Source: Dictyostelium discoideum
Taxonomy: Eukaryota
Length of the DNA stretch: 64,000 nucleotides
Direction: 5' to 3'
Assembly (NCBI GenBank): GCA_000004695.1
Contig: CM000154.2
Coordinates: 4,768,001 to 4,832,000, forward strand
The position numbers and the translations under genes were made by a program. Positions 1-33,660 of the stretch are shown here, in pieces. Below the pieces are notes generated by a model. The model did not search any database, was not told where the DNA came from, and saw nothing but the letters and a program-made list of their open reading frames with translations. Position 1 is the stretch's first letter. The number at the start of each line of letters is the position of its first letter.

Positions 1-326
1 TTCAGTCAAGTTCAATATTTACCAACAAATTAAAAAAAAAAAAATAATCAAAAAAAAAAAATGAACATGAAAAAGAAAAAAAAGGATATACAAATAATAT
101 GTTTTGTTCACTCAAAATAAATAATTAATAATAATAATATAAAAGTTTTTTTTTTTTTTTTTAAAACAATAATTTTTTTTTCTATACAAAATTTAAAATA
201 AAACAAATATACATTTACATGCTTTCTTTTTTTTTAAAAAAAAAAAAAAAAAAATCTAAACGATTATGTTTTTTTTGTAATTGATAGTTTATTTTTATTA
301 TTGGAAATTGGGATTATTATTATATT

Positions 327-1935
327 TCATGATTCAAGTGGTTCAATATCATCATATAATATTTTAACATAAATGTTTATTGTTAATTTATCATCATCAC
401 TTAACCAACCATTCTTTTTATTAATTAATTTTGAAGCTAAAAATTTAGACCAACCTTTTCTCTCAATTTCTTCAAAAACTAAAATAATTTATATCAGTTA
501 TTTTTTTAAATAAAAATAATTTAAATAATTAATATTAAAAATAATATTTACCTTCTAGACCTTTTCTTGTAATGGATTTTGATTTATCCAAAAGATTAAC
601 CAATTCAAGAGTGAATTCTAATTTGTTAGGGTCTTCGTTATTATTATGTAAAAATAAAGAGAGGTGATCTTTTCCAGTTAGACTGCCATTTGGATAGATA
701 GATATTACAAATTCACGAGACACAATATCGAATGATGGAGAATATATGTATTCAGGGTGCGGGGTATTCTCAACAAGATTTGAATAGTTTGAAATGATCC
801 ATTTATTCGTATATCCTTGAGAAGTTAATTTCCATGAATTAATAAAATCATTTTTATTAAAATAATTATCATCGATTTCAGTAATTAATGATGAAAGTTC
901 ATCATTCTTTCTTTGAAGTTCACTACAAGTAATCTTTGATTTTTCAATTTCTTTGAGAAGTAATTCTTGAATTTTCATTGATTGATCTAATGTTGATGAT
1001 AGTTTATCAATTAATTTGCCCATAAATAATTGATGATTTACATTCTCTAAATGACGCTGTAACTCTGATCTCTTCATTTCAACTTTGCAACCATATTCAT
1101 AATATTTACATTGTATTGTAGAATTATTACAATCATTCTCAATATGTGATTTTATTTGATCTCTTTCAAAAAAATTTAAACAACCTTGTGGACAACCTAT
1201 TACAAATTTTGGGCACTCATCATAATGATTTTCTAATTGCACTTGAATGATACCATCACAAGCACAATATTCACATTTAACTAATTTGAAACCACATTGA
1301 TTTTCATGTTCTTTCAATGAATTTAATCTTAAAACTCTATCACATCCGATATGTGAACATTTTACAAATTTAAATTTACAATTTTGTATATGTCTATCTA
1401 ATTGATCTACATTTATTATTTCTTTACAACCATTCTCTTCATCTTTAATTAATTTTCTTTTTTCATTTTCTTCGTCTTTATTTTCTTCATTTTCATTTTC
1501 ATTTTCTTCATCCTCATCTTTATCTTCATCATCTTCTCCATTTTCTTCATCTTCATTTTCATCTTCATCATCTTCATTTTCTTCATCTTCATTTTCTTCA
1601 TCTTCATTTTCTTGATTGGCACCATCAATAAAATAATCCAAGTGGAATGAATAAATACAATTACATTCTTTTTTAGAAAAATTTTGTTCAATTACTAAAC
1701 ATCTTGATAAATTTTTAAATGATTTTACTTTACATCTACAAATCATACATTCTTGTTTAATTTCTAATGATTTCTCCCAACATTCTTGGCATGCATAATG
1801 ACCAGAACTACATTGATAAATTGATTTTTTATAAATTAATTCAAAACAAATTGGACATGTATATTTATTTTTCTTTTGTAATGATTCTTTATTTAATAAA
1901 ACATCATTGATTGTAAATTTTGAATATATTGACAT
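327..1935 (-). CDS. TRAF-like protein (N-terminal C3HC4 RING, TRAF-type zinc fingers, coiled coil, C-terminal MATH domain). Two exons: 552..1935 and 327..478, with intron 479..551.
   Basis: The 466 aa ORF 535..1935 starts at a real ATG. It carries RING motif C-P-I-C...C-x-H-x-C-x-x-C-W and TRAF Zn-finger Cys/His spacing, then WIISNYS...VNLLD (MATH). The ORF stop lies just past a GTAAAT donor. After a TTTTAG acceptor the frame continues (V)[42 protein letters not shown], ending at TGA 327..329, which completes the MATH domain. There is an internal acidic E/D repeat ([10 protein letters not shown]...) at about 1450..1640. Confidence 0.8.
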
Positions 1936-2250
1936 TCCGTTATAAAATAAAATATAAAATTAAAAAAAAAAAATAATAAAATAAAAAAACAAATAAAATT
2001 GAAAATTAAAAAAATATTTAATTAATAATATTAATAATAAAAAAAAAAAAAAAAAAAAGGTGTGTTAAAAAATAATTTTTTTTTTTTTTTTAAAAAATAA
2101 TACTAAAAATAGCTCCAAAAATAAAAAAAAAAAATTAAAATTTTAAGCGAACAAAAAAAAGTTATTTTAAGTAGTATCTTTATTTCATTAATTTTTTTTA
2201 TTTTTATTATTTTTTCAAAATAAATATAAAAAAAATAAATAAATAAATAA

Positions 2251-2329
<79 letters not shown>

Positions 2330-2330
<1 letters not shown>

Positions 2331-2915
2331 TGTTAATTTATTATCAATACTGAACCAACCACTCTTTTTATCATGAATTTCATTAATGCCACATTTATTT
2401 TCATGTTCTTCTAATGAATTTAATCTTAAACTATTTCACATCCAATATGTAAACATTTTACAAATTTAAATTTACAATTTTGTATATGTGTATCTAATTG
2501 ATCTACATTTATTATTTCTTTACAACCATTCTCTTTATATTTAATTAATTTTCTTTTTTCATTTTCTTTATTCTCTTCATTTTTTTCATCTTCATTTTCT
2601 TCTTGATTTGAACCATCAATACAATAATCCAAGTAGAATGAGTACATACAAAAACATTGTTTTTTACCAAAATCTTGTTCCATTACTAAACATCTTGATA
2701 AATCTTTAAATGATTTTACTTCTGATTTACAAATCATACATTCTTGTTTATTTTTTAAAGACATTCTTTACATGCATAATGACCAGATCTGCAATGATAA
2801 AAAAAAATATTCAAAACACTTTGGACATGTATATTTTTTTTTCTTTTGAATTAATTCTTGATTAAATAAAACTTGATTGATTGTAAATTTTGAATTAGCT
2901 GGCATTCGTTATAAA
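2330..2915 (-). pseudogene. Rearranged, truncated TRAF-like pseudogene fragment (MATH tail fused to Zn-finger and RING remnants).
   Basis: ORF 2426..2764 has RING/TRAF-zf similarity ([20 protein letters not shown]...[25 protein letters not shown]). It is flanked by frame-broken remnants of the MATH end (WFSIDNKLTIN-like) and of the N-terminal SGHYAC region. Confidence 0.65.
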
Positions 2916-3024
2916 ATAAATATATATATTAAAAAAATAAAAATTTAATAAAAATTAAAAAAATTATAAAATATAAAAAATTCCAAGTTAACTTAAAAAT
3001 TTTATTGAAAAATATTTGAGGATT

Positions 3025-4318
3025 CTATAGGGGGTTATTATTATTATTATTTAATTTTTTAATAAAAATTTTAATTGTTAATTTATTATCAGTACTCAAC
3101 CAACCAAACTTTTTATCTTGGAATTCACCAAAGCCGACAGACCTGTGGAGGGTTCTGTTTGGTCCTTTAAATTTGATTGATTTCGACCTATCCAAATAAT
3201 TAACTATGGTAAAAATATATTTTAAATTAACCGATGGTTTTGTTTTAAATCCAATACAAGTTGGAGAAATTGAAAATGCACCTTTGGAAAAAAAAAAGTT
3301 GAAATTCTTCATTTTCAAAGTTAAATGGTTGAGAAAAAATTTTACCATTTGGTATGTTTGAAAAAATCCATTTGTTTTTGTATGTAGGAGAATAAGTGCT
3401 ATCCATTTTAGTGATAAATGAAGAAAGATTATTATTTTTTATTTGAAGTTCATCAATCTTTTTAACTAGCTCATCTTGGGTTTTATTTGATTCATATAAT
3501 GTTGATAATTTTGAAGATAGTTTTTCAATTAACAGACCTATGAAAAATTGATGATTTACATTCTCTTAATGGTTTAGTAACTCTGATCTTTCCATATAAA
3601 CTTTACAACCATATTCATAGTATTTACATGGTATTATTGAATAATTACAATCATACTCTGAATGATTTTATTTGATCTCTTTCAACCATAATTGAACAAC
3701 CTTGTGGACAGTCAATTGGAAATTTTGGGTATATATCATGATGATTCTCTAATTCCATTTGAATGATATCATCACAAGCACAATACTCACATTTAACTAA
3801 TTTGTAATCACATTTATTTTCATGTTCTTCTAATGAATTTAATCTTAAAACTATATCACATCCATCATGTGAACATTTTTCAAATTTAAATATACAATTT
3901 TCTATATGTATATCTAATTGATCTACATTTATTATTTCTCTACAACCATTCTCTTCATCTTTTACAAATATTCTTTTTTCATTTTCTTCATTTTCATATT
4001 CTTGATTGGCATCAATAAAATAATCAAAGTATGAGTAAATACAACAACATTCTTTTTTAGCAAAATTTTTTCAATTACTAAACATCTTGATAAATCTTTA
4101 AATGAATTCACTTCCGATCTACAAATCATACATTCTTGTTTTGTTTCTAATGATTTCTCCCAACATTCTCTACATGCATAATGACCAGATCTACATTGAT
4201 AAACTGATTTTTTATAAAAATATTCAAAACAAATTGGACATGAATATTTATTTTTCTTTTGTAATGATTCTTGATTTAATAAAACATTATTGATTGTAAA
4301 TTTTGAATTTATTGACAT
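3025..4318 (-). pseudogene. TRAF-like pseudogene with frameshifts and stops. Order on the minus strand: N-terminal RING ORF 3962..4318, degraded Zn-finger and coiled-coil region, then a MATH-like tail in ORF 3025..3348.
   Basis: The N-terminal 118 aa ORF is about 90% identical to the intact TRAF-like N-termini ([32 protein letters not shown]..). Downstream there are stops, e.g. near 3575..3600 and 3650..3700. This is the paralogous copy of 17040..17760. Confidence 0.7.
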
Positions 4319-4651
4319 TCTTTGTTATAAAATTATATATATATATTAAAATATATATATTAAAAAAAAAAATATAAAATAATAAAAAAAATTAAAAAAT
4401 AAATAAAATTGAAAAAAATAATAATAATAAAAAAAAAAGTGAGTGTGTTAATTTTTTACAAATAAATTTGCTATTATTTTTTTATTTAAAAAAAAAAAAA
4501 AAAAAGCTATTTTTATCACCAAAAAGAAAAAAAAAATTAAAATTTTAAGCGGTGGAAAAAAATAAAAAAAGTTATTTTTAGTTGTATCTTTTATTTCACA
4601 ATAAAAAATAATTAAAAAAAAAAACTAATAATTAATAAAATAAATAATTGG

Positions 4652-4693
<42 letters not shown>

Positions 4694-4783
4694 AAAATTA
4701 AGTTCTAGTAACATTTAAATCAAATTTTTTAATAATCTAAAAATGTTTATAAAAGATAGAATGATTAAAAATTTATTTGGTAT

Positions 4784-4815
<32 letters not shown>

Positions 4816-4841
4816 CATTGTAAATGTTATTAGAATTTTAT

Positions 4842-14775
<9,934 letters not shown>

Positions 14776-15099
14776 TTTTTTTATTTATTTTTAAAATTAA
14801 TATGAAACTTTTTATTGATAATTTTTAAGTTTTTGTTTAAAATTAAAATTAAAACAAACAGCGGGTGGAAAAAATAATTAAATAAAAAATTAATATATAA
14901 AAAAAAAAATAATTAAATAAAAAATTAATATATAAAAAAAAAAAAAAAAACTGAATTGGGGGTTCTATTTTTGTTAAACTTTTAATCTAACAAAACTCAA
15001 AAATATTGGTTAGAAAAAGCAAAACAAATTTAATTATTATTATCTTTGTCTTTGGTTATTATTTTTTATTTTATTTTACTATGTTAATGGAAAAAGGGT

Positions 15100-15260
15100 T
15101 ATTTTGTGTTTGTCAATTTGCAAAAAAAAAAAAATGTTTTGGTGTGTGTTTTTTTTACCCCCTTAAATATGACCAAAATTAATAAAATTTAATTTATTTT
15201 TATTGTACACCCAAATTCCACAAATACAATTTAATATTTACCTATACATCATGTTAATAA
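15100..15260. repeat. Dispersed repeat 'A' (gttattttgtgtttgtcaattt ... tttattgtacacccaaattccacaaatacaatttaatatttacctatacat). A second copy is at 30207..30355.
   Basis: About 95% identical to 30207..30355. In copy 1 it is contiguous with the PKS upstream region. At the other locus it immediately follows the right end of the TIR element. Confidence 0.8.
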
Positions 15261-15618
15261 AACTTGGTGTGAGACCTTTTCTGGAAAAAAATTCAAATTT
15301 TTACGGAAAATGGAAAATGGAATATTTTCTAGAAAAATTTAAAAATAATGGAAAATAATGGAAAATTAAATTATATAAAAAAGGGTATAGTTTAAATAAA
15401 AAAAAAAATAAAGTTTTAATTTTATTTAATTTGAAAAATTATTTTTTCGAAATAACTTAATTTATTCCGGGATAACTCGATCTTTTTTAAAATATGCTGA
15501 GTTAATTATAATTAATTCAATTATCCACTGATAGATCCAATACTAAAAAATAGAAAATATTAGAATTTTTAAATTTTATTAATTCGGGGTTATTTTTTTT
15601 TTTAAAAAATAATTGTAC

Positions 15619-15800
15619 CATGCCAAAATTACCATATTAATTTCAGCAGCCATATTAATTTTGGCATGGGACTTATGTCTGCCAAAATTACCGTATTAAT
15701 TTCAGCCTAAAATAGTTGGTCTGTGCATGCCAAAATTAATATGGCTGCTGAAATTAATATGGTAATTCTAGCAGACATAAGTCCCATGCCAAAAATAATT
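15619..15800. mobile_element. Solo about 170 bp hairpin/TIR unit (foldback) of the same family as the termini of element 28391..30206.
   Basis: Nested palindromes: ccatgccaaaatta...taattttggcatgggac, then a second arm ...gtcccatgccaaaa. About 90% identical to the reverse complement of 28391..28560. Confidence 0.75.
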
Positions 15801-16295
15801 ATAATAATTATTAGAAAATAGGATATTTTATAAAAAAATAAGATTTTTTATTAAAAATGTAACCTTTATTATTTTTTAAATACAATATATTAAAAAAAAA
15901 GATAAATAATAATAAAAAAAAAATAATACAATATATTAAAAATTGTACCATTATATAATTTTTAACATATTTTATTAAAATATAATAAATACTAAAAAAT
16001 GAGATAATATATAAGAAGGTTATAAATTTTATTAATTATGGTTTAAGTAATCCCTAAAAAATAAGATAAAAAATAATAAATTTTATAAAAAAAAAAAAAA
16101 ATATATAAAATTTCTTTTTATTTTTTCATTTTTTTTTCATCTTTTTTTTTTTCCAAAGTAAGTAAATTTTCATTATTGTTTGAATAAAATCAGTAAACTA
16201 ATTATTAAATTAGAATAAATAAAATTGATGAAACAACTTAAAAAAAAAAAAAAAATAATAAAAAAAAAAAAATAAAAAAAATTTAGAAAAATAAT

Positions 16296-17010
16296 TTGGC
16301 TTTTTTGGCACAACAATGTCCAATAAATTTAGTTAGTAAAAATTCAGACAGATTAATATTGCCATTATGTAAAGGTATGATATCAAATAATAATTAAATC
16401 AAAATAGCTTTAATACTAATTATTTCTTTTTTTTAAAAAATTAAATAGATGTCTATTTAATTTTTTCAAGACCAGAGAAATCCAATGTAGCCTCATCTGA
16501 ATGCATTGCGAATACCCATTGTATCCTGTAATACCAATTAATTCCAATGTGGCTTCATCTGTTGCAAATCGATTTTCATTTATTAAATCTTATAATAATC
16601 TATTAAAATTTCTTTTTTTTTAACATATTTTAAAATTATTAATTAATTTAATAAATTTTATTATTAGTATTATTTTTTGATAATATTAAAATAATAATAC
16701 TAATAATAAAATTTATTAAAAATTAATAATATTTTTTGATTAATTTTTATAATAAATAAGGAATAGATTATATAAAAAAAATAAAAATTCTTATATTTTA
16801 ATATTTTTTATTTAAATATTTATTGTACACCCATTATTTTTTATCATTTTATTATAGTTTTTAATAATATTATTAAATTATAGTTTTATGTTTTAAAAAT
16901 GAGAAATTACAATAGTAAAATTTCCCACAATATGGTAAATCAATAAATTTTTTATAATTTAATGACAAATTAATATTCAATTTTATTTAAATAATATTAA
17001 ATTTTATCTT
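16296..17010. repeat. Repeat 'C' (about 0.7-0.8 kb), 3'-flank sequence of TRAF-like paralogs. A second copy is at 32836..33660.
   Basis: Long collinear match between the two intervals (caacaatgtccaataaatttagttagtaaaaattcagacagattaatattgcc ... tttattgtacacccatta...). In both places it lies downstream of a TRAF-like MATH end. Confidence 0.8.
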
Positions 17011-17015
17011 TTGGT

Positions 17016-17760
17016 AGGCTTGAAAAAACCCATTTGTTTTTTTATGTGGGCGAATAAGTACTATCCATTTTAGTGATAAATGATGATAGATTATCATTTT
17101 TTATTTGAAGTTCATCAATCTTTTTAACTAGCTCATCTTGGGTTTTATTTGATTCAGATAATGTTGATAATTTTATCATGATGATTCTCTAATTCCATTT
17201 GAATGATATCATCACAAGCACAATATTCACATTTAACTAATTTGTAATCACATTTATTTTCATGTTCTTCTAATGAATTTAATCTTAAAACTATATCGCA
17301 TCAATCATGTGAACATTTTACAAATTTAAATTAACAATTTTGTATATGTGTATCTAATCGATCTACATTTATTATTTCTCTACAACCAGTCTCTTCATCT
17401 TTTATTAATATTCTTTTTTCATTTTCTTCATTTTCATATTTTTGATTGGCATCAATAAAATAATCAAAGTATGAGTAAATACAACAACATTCTTTTTTAG
17501 CAAAATTTTGTTCAATTACTAAACATCTTGATAAATCTTTATATGAATTCACTTCTGATCTACAAATCATACATTCTTGTTTTGTTTCTAATGATTTCTC
17601 CCAACATTCTCTACATGCATAATGACCAGATCTACATTGATAAACTGATTTTTTATAAAAATATTCAAAACAAATTGGACATGAATATTTATTTTTCTTT
17701 TGTAATGATTCTTGATTTAATAAAACATTATTGATTGTAAATTTTGAATTTATTGACATT
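17016..17760 (-). pseudogene. TRAF-like pseudogene, the copy-2 counterpart of 3025..4318, with an internal deletion of most of the coiled-coil/Zn-finger region.
   Basis: ORF 17331..17759 (142 aa RING N-terminus) is intact in frame. Downstream only short MATH/coiled-coil remnants remain (gataattttatcatgatgattctc junction) before repeat C. Confidence 0.7.
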
Positions 17761-18014
17761 TTTTGTTATAAAATTATATATATATATTAAAATATATATA
17801 TTAAAAAAAAAATATAAAATAATAAAAAAAAATAAAAAATAAATAAAATTGAAAAAAATAATAATAATAAAAAAAAAAGTGAGTGTGTTAATTTTGTTAT
17901 TATTTTTTTTATTTAAAAAAAAAAAAAAAAAAAGTTATTTTTAGTCGTATCTTTTATTTCACAATAAAAAATAATTAAAAAAAAAAACTAATAATTAATA
18001 AAATAAGTAATTTG

Positions 18015-18051
<37 letters not shown>

Positions 18052-18201
18052 AAATTTAATTTCTAGTAACATTTAAATCAAATTTTTTAATAATCTAAAA
18101 ATGTATTTAAAAGATAGAATGATTATTAAAAATTTATTTGGTATTTTAAAAATTTTTTTTTTTTTTTTTTTTTTCCATTGTAAATGTTATTAAAATTTTA
18201 T

Positions 18202-28077
<9,876 letters not shown>

Positions 28078-28390
28078 TTTTTTTATTTATTTTTAAAATT
28101 AATATGAAACTTTTTATTGATAATTTTTAAGTTTTTGTTTAAAATTAAAATTAAAACAAACAGCAGGTGGATAAAAAAAAATAATTAAAAAATTAATAAT
28201 ATAACTAATTAATAAAAAAAAAAAAAAAAACTGAATTGGGGGTTCTATTTTTGTTAAACTTTTAATCTAACAAAACTCAAAAATATTGGTTAGAAAAAGC
28301 AAAACAAATTTAATTATTATTATCTTTGTCTTTGGTTATTATTTTTTTTTTATTTTACTATGTTGTGGAAAAAGGGTTATTTGTCCCATG

Positions 28391-30206
<1,816 letters not shown>

Positions 30207-30579
30207 GTGTTTGTCAATTTACAAAAAAAAAAAAAATGTTTTGGTGTGTGTTTTTTTACCCCCTTAAATATTGACCAAAATTAATAAAATTTAATTTATT
30301 TTTATTGTACACCCAAATTCCACAAATACAATTTAATATTTACCTATACATTAATAAAACTTTTATAAGCTGGCCATTTTTCAAGCGAAAACGATGATGG
30401 AGGGGTAGAAAATGATAATTTACTTAAATATTCTATTCAAAATAAAGAGGATAGAGAAGAAGAAGAGTTGAGTGTGTATTATTTTTCATTTTACATAAAT
30501 ATGTTAAAGTATTGGCCATTAGAAAAAAAAAAAGTTAAAAAATGAAAAAAGTTAAAAAAAAAAAAAGTGAAAATATATT

Positions 30580-30679
30580 NNNNNNNNNNNNNNNNNNNNN
30601 NNNNNNNNNNNNNNNNNNNNNNNNNNNNNNNNNNNNNNNNNNNNNNNNNNNNNNNNNNNNNNNNNNNNNNNNNNNNNNN
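30580..30679. other. Assembly gap (100 N).
   Basis: Run of n characters. Confidence 0.99.
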
Positions 30680-30826
30680 TAATGTAGCATGTTTGAAATA
30701 ATGGTTTAATTCCGATTGCTTGATAAGGTGACATGCCGATAGCTCTGTGTTTTCTATTACATATACTTCCAAGGCCTAATTCTAAATAAGAGCTAATTGT
30801 TTGAGTTTTACACTATATTTTCGCTG

Positions 30827-31768
30827 TCAAATTTGGTAAATAAATGTTAGTAATTTAAAAAATATAGGGTGTAAATTAGAAGAGGGTACTAACTCTTCCT
30901 TTTGAAAATTTCTTATTAATTTTTTAATTTCTTGATTTACTCTTTCCACCATTCCTTGAGTTGTTGGTGTACGAAGTGCTCCATGAGCAGCTTTGGATGA
31001 AAGAAATGCAAACTCGCGAAATTGATCAAACACTTTGTTTTTGAATTCCTTTCCATTATCGCAATGCCACTTCTTGATAAGTTTATCTTTGTATGTAATG
31101 GCCAAAAAATTGTAAATTGGAACTGCTTTTTTATATGTAAGACATCTTTTAAAATAATGGTTAATATAAATAATATTGAACTTTTAGGATAGTATTAAGG
31201 TAATTACCTTCCAGTTGCAAATTTTGTGAAAGAATCGACACAAATAAGAATATAGACAATGTGTGAATCGTTTGCTTCTTTTACATTATCATTTTTGATA
31301 GTTTCCCAATTAGAAGAGAATCTATCGGTAGATTCTATAATGATATCATTATTTCTATGCTCTCCTTTTAAAGATGTTAAATCAAAAACCATTCTTGAAT
31401 ACTCTTCAGTATCTTCAATTGCAACATATTCTTTATTGATACCTATATTAAAATTATTAATATCATTTGATATAAATAATAATTTTTATTAATTTAAATT
31501 AATATTTTACCCTTAATTTTGTTTCTTTGGCATATATCACATTGCTTGACTGCATTATCAACCATTACCCACATACCAGTACAAAAATACATTGACTTGA
31601 ATTTTTGGTAAGTGGCATCTCTTCCAATATGACCTTTATGCATCTCGTCCCAATGGTTTGAAAACTCAACATCATTAATGACCTTACGGAGGACACTAGA
31701 TGAAATGGTTTGGCCATCATTGGTTGTAAAAACTTTCTTTTCGGATTTAAGTAACTCTTCGTGACCAT
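30827..31768 (-). mobile_element. Integrase-like transposase fragment (H2C2 zinc finger + DDE core) in at least three exons with canonical introns. Resembles the Dictyostelium DNA transposon Tdd-4/DDT family.
   Basis: Minus-strand exons: 31565..31768 (...MHKGHIGRDATYQKF..CDICQRNK, HHCC), 31204..31392 (VYILICVDSFTKFA, first catalytic Asp region), 30827..31105 (WHCDNGKEF...TPTTQGMVERVNQEIKK, second Asp plus the integrase C-terminal signature). The exons are separated by GTAATT...AG introns (31106..31203, 31393..31564). The fragment is bounded by N-gaps. Confidence 0.7.
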
Positions 31769-31849
31769 TTCTTTAAAAAATTAAGATTATATTATTAGAT
31801 ATTTTAATAATGAATTTGATTCAACATTATGAAACTTATAAACATACAC

Positions 31850-32215
31850 AGCAAAGAAAAATGCACCTTTAAAGCAAATTTAAAGAAAAGTTGATTTAAA
31901 TTGGATTTAAATTGAATTTAAAGCCGCGTTTAAAAAATTCATTTTTAAGGTAATTTTTAAGGTAATTTTTAAGATATTTAAAAATGCCTTTAAAATTTGC
32001 TTTAAAATAATTTTTTAAGCAATTTTAAAGGTGATTTTAAAGGTGATTTTAAAGGTGATTTTTAAGGTAATTTTTAAGATAATTTTTAAGATATTTAAAA
32101 ATACCTTTAAAATTTATTTTAAATTAATTTTAAATAGGATTTAAAGTAGATTTAAAGTAGATTTAAAGTGAATTTAAATTTCCTTTAAACATAAATTTAA
32201 GGTTTTTAATAAAAA
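31850..32215. repeat. Degenerate minisatellite of 8-11 bp units (ggtgattttaaa / gatttaaagta).
   Basis: Tandem runs 'taaaggtgattttaaaggtgattttaaaggtgattt' and 'atttaaagtagatttaaagtagatttaaagtgaattt'. Confidence 0.8.
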
Positions 32216-32477
32216 AGATCTAATTTTAGAACAAAAAAATGGGGATAAAATATTCTATCATTTTTAAATTTTCATCAAAGCAATCAAATGGTGTAATGGT
32301 TGATGAGACTACCCTTTGATAGAGGGTCGGGGGATCGAATCCCTTTTGGTAATTTTTGAAAAATTAAAAAAAAAATTTTAAAAAATTTATCCGTTAAATA
32401 ACGGCTTCGAACTCAGGACCTCGCTTTTAAAGCGATTAAAAAGGTAATTCTTAAAGGGCCCCCCCCCCCCCCCCCCC

Positions 32478-32577
32478 NNNNNNNNNNNNNNNNNNNNNNN
32501 NNNNNNNNNNNNNNNNNNNNNNNNNNNNNNNNNNNNNNNNNNNNNNNNNNNNNNNNNNNNNNNNNNNNNNNNNNNNN
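32478..32577. other. Assembly gap (100 N). The flanking poly-C (32459..32477) and poly-A runs are probably assembly artefacts.
   Basis: Run of n characters. Confidence 0.99.
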
Positions 32578-32623
<46 letters not shown>

Positions 32624-32835
32624 GCGCAAACTAAATTTTTTTGTTATAAAAAAATAAATAACAAGCAAATAACTGAATAAAATTGGTTTTTTATTGTTCT
32701 GATTAAATAAATTGTTTTTTAATTTAATTATAAAAAAAAAAAAAATTTAGTGAATTTTTACACTATGTATAAACAGTGTATTTTAGTGTAAAAATTCACT
32801 GCCGTTTAGAAAGCGAAATTTCAAAAAAAATTCCC

Positions 32836-33660
32836 TACAACAACAATGTCCAATAAATTTAGTTAGTAAAAATTCAGACAGATTAATATTGCCATTATGT
32901 AAAAGTATAATATCAAATAATAATTAAATCAAAATAGCTTTAATATTAATTATTTCTTTTTTTAAAAAAATTAATAGACGTTCCATAATAATCAATTGAT
33001 TTTCAAGACCAGAGAAATCCAATGTAGCCTCGTCTGAATGCATGGCGAATACCCATTGTATCCTGTAAGACCAATTAATTCCAATGTGGCTTCATCTGTT
33101 GCAAATCGATTTTCATTTATTAACTCTAATAATAATCTATTAAAAATAAACAAAATTTCTTTTTTTTTAACATATTTTAAAATTATTTATTAATTTCTAA
33201 TAAATTTTATCAAAAAATATTTAGTGAATAATAATAATTTAATAATCATTTATTTATAATTTTAATATTAAAAAAATAATACTAATGATTAATTTTTATA
33301 ATAAATAAGGAATAAATTATTTAAAAAAAATAAAAATTCTTATATTTTAATATTTTTTATTTAAATATTTATTGTACACCCATTAATTTTTATCATTTTA
33401 TTATAGTTTTTAATAATATATAATATCATATATTAAACTATAGTTTTAAAAAATGAGAAATTACAATAGTATTATTTCCTATTAATTGTTGTATATTATT
33501 TAATTATAGGTTTATGTTTTAAAAAATGAGAAATTACAAAAGTATAATTTCTCACAATATGGTAAATCAATAAATTTTTTATAATTTAATGACAAATTAA
33601 TATTCAATTTTAATTAAATAATATTAGATTTTATCAATTTTTAATTTATATTAAAATATA
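32836..33660. repeat. Second copy of repeat 'C' (TRAF-like 3' flank repeat).
   Basis: Collinear with 16296..17010. Part is duplicated internally (33400..33470 vs 33480..33560). Confidence 0.8.

Noticed and set aside
1449-1691. Antisense or overlapping small ORFs inside larger genes: 1449..1691 (MKMKK repeats), 4102..4293, 8018..8209, 10059..10241 and 23237..23569 (poly-Ile/Leu), 50606..52804 (G/V-rich), 56347..58961 ORFs inside xdh.
   Set aside because: They are translations of the opposite strand or alternative frames of trinucleotide repeats and coding regions. No start or stop context or conservation supports them.
30360-30545. Short plus-strand open frame (…SSENDDGGVENDNLLKYSIQNKEDREEEELSVYYFSF…) between the TIR-element flank and the first gap.
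   Set aside because: About 60 codons, no ATG in a sensible position, and it abuts a gap. Possibly part of the neighbouring transposon, but there is too little to call.
32285-32352. Calling a tRNA-Ile(GAU) gene.
   Set aside because: Acceptor and D stems cannot be formed and the variable region is too short. Kept only as a tRNA-like or pseudogene observation.
32459-32620. Poly-C (19 nt) and poly-A (43 nt) runs flanking the N-gap.
   Set aside because: Homopolymers abutting runs of N are typical scaffold or assembly artefacts and not biological G/C tracts. The same applies to the isolated 'n' at 29937.
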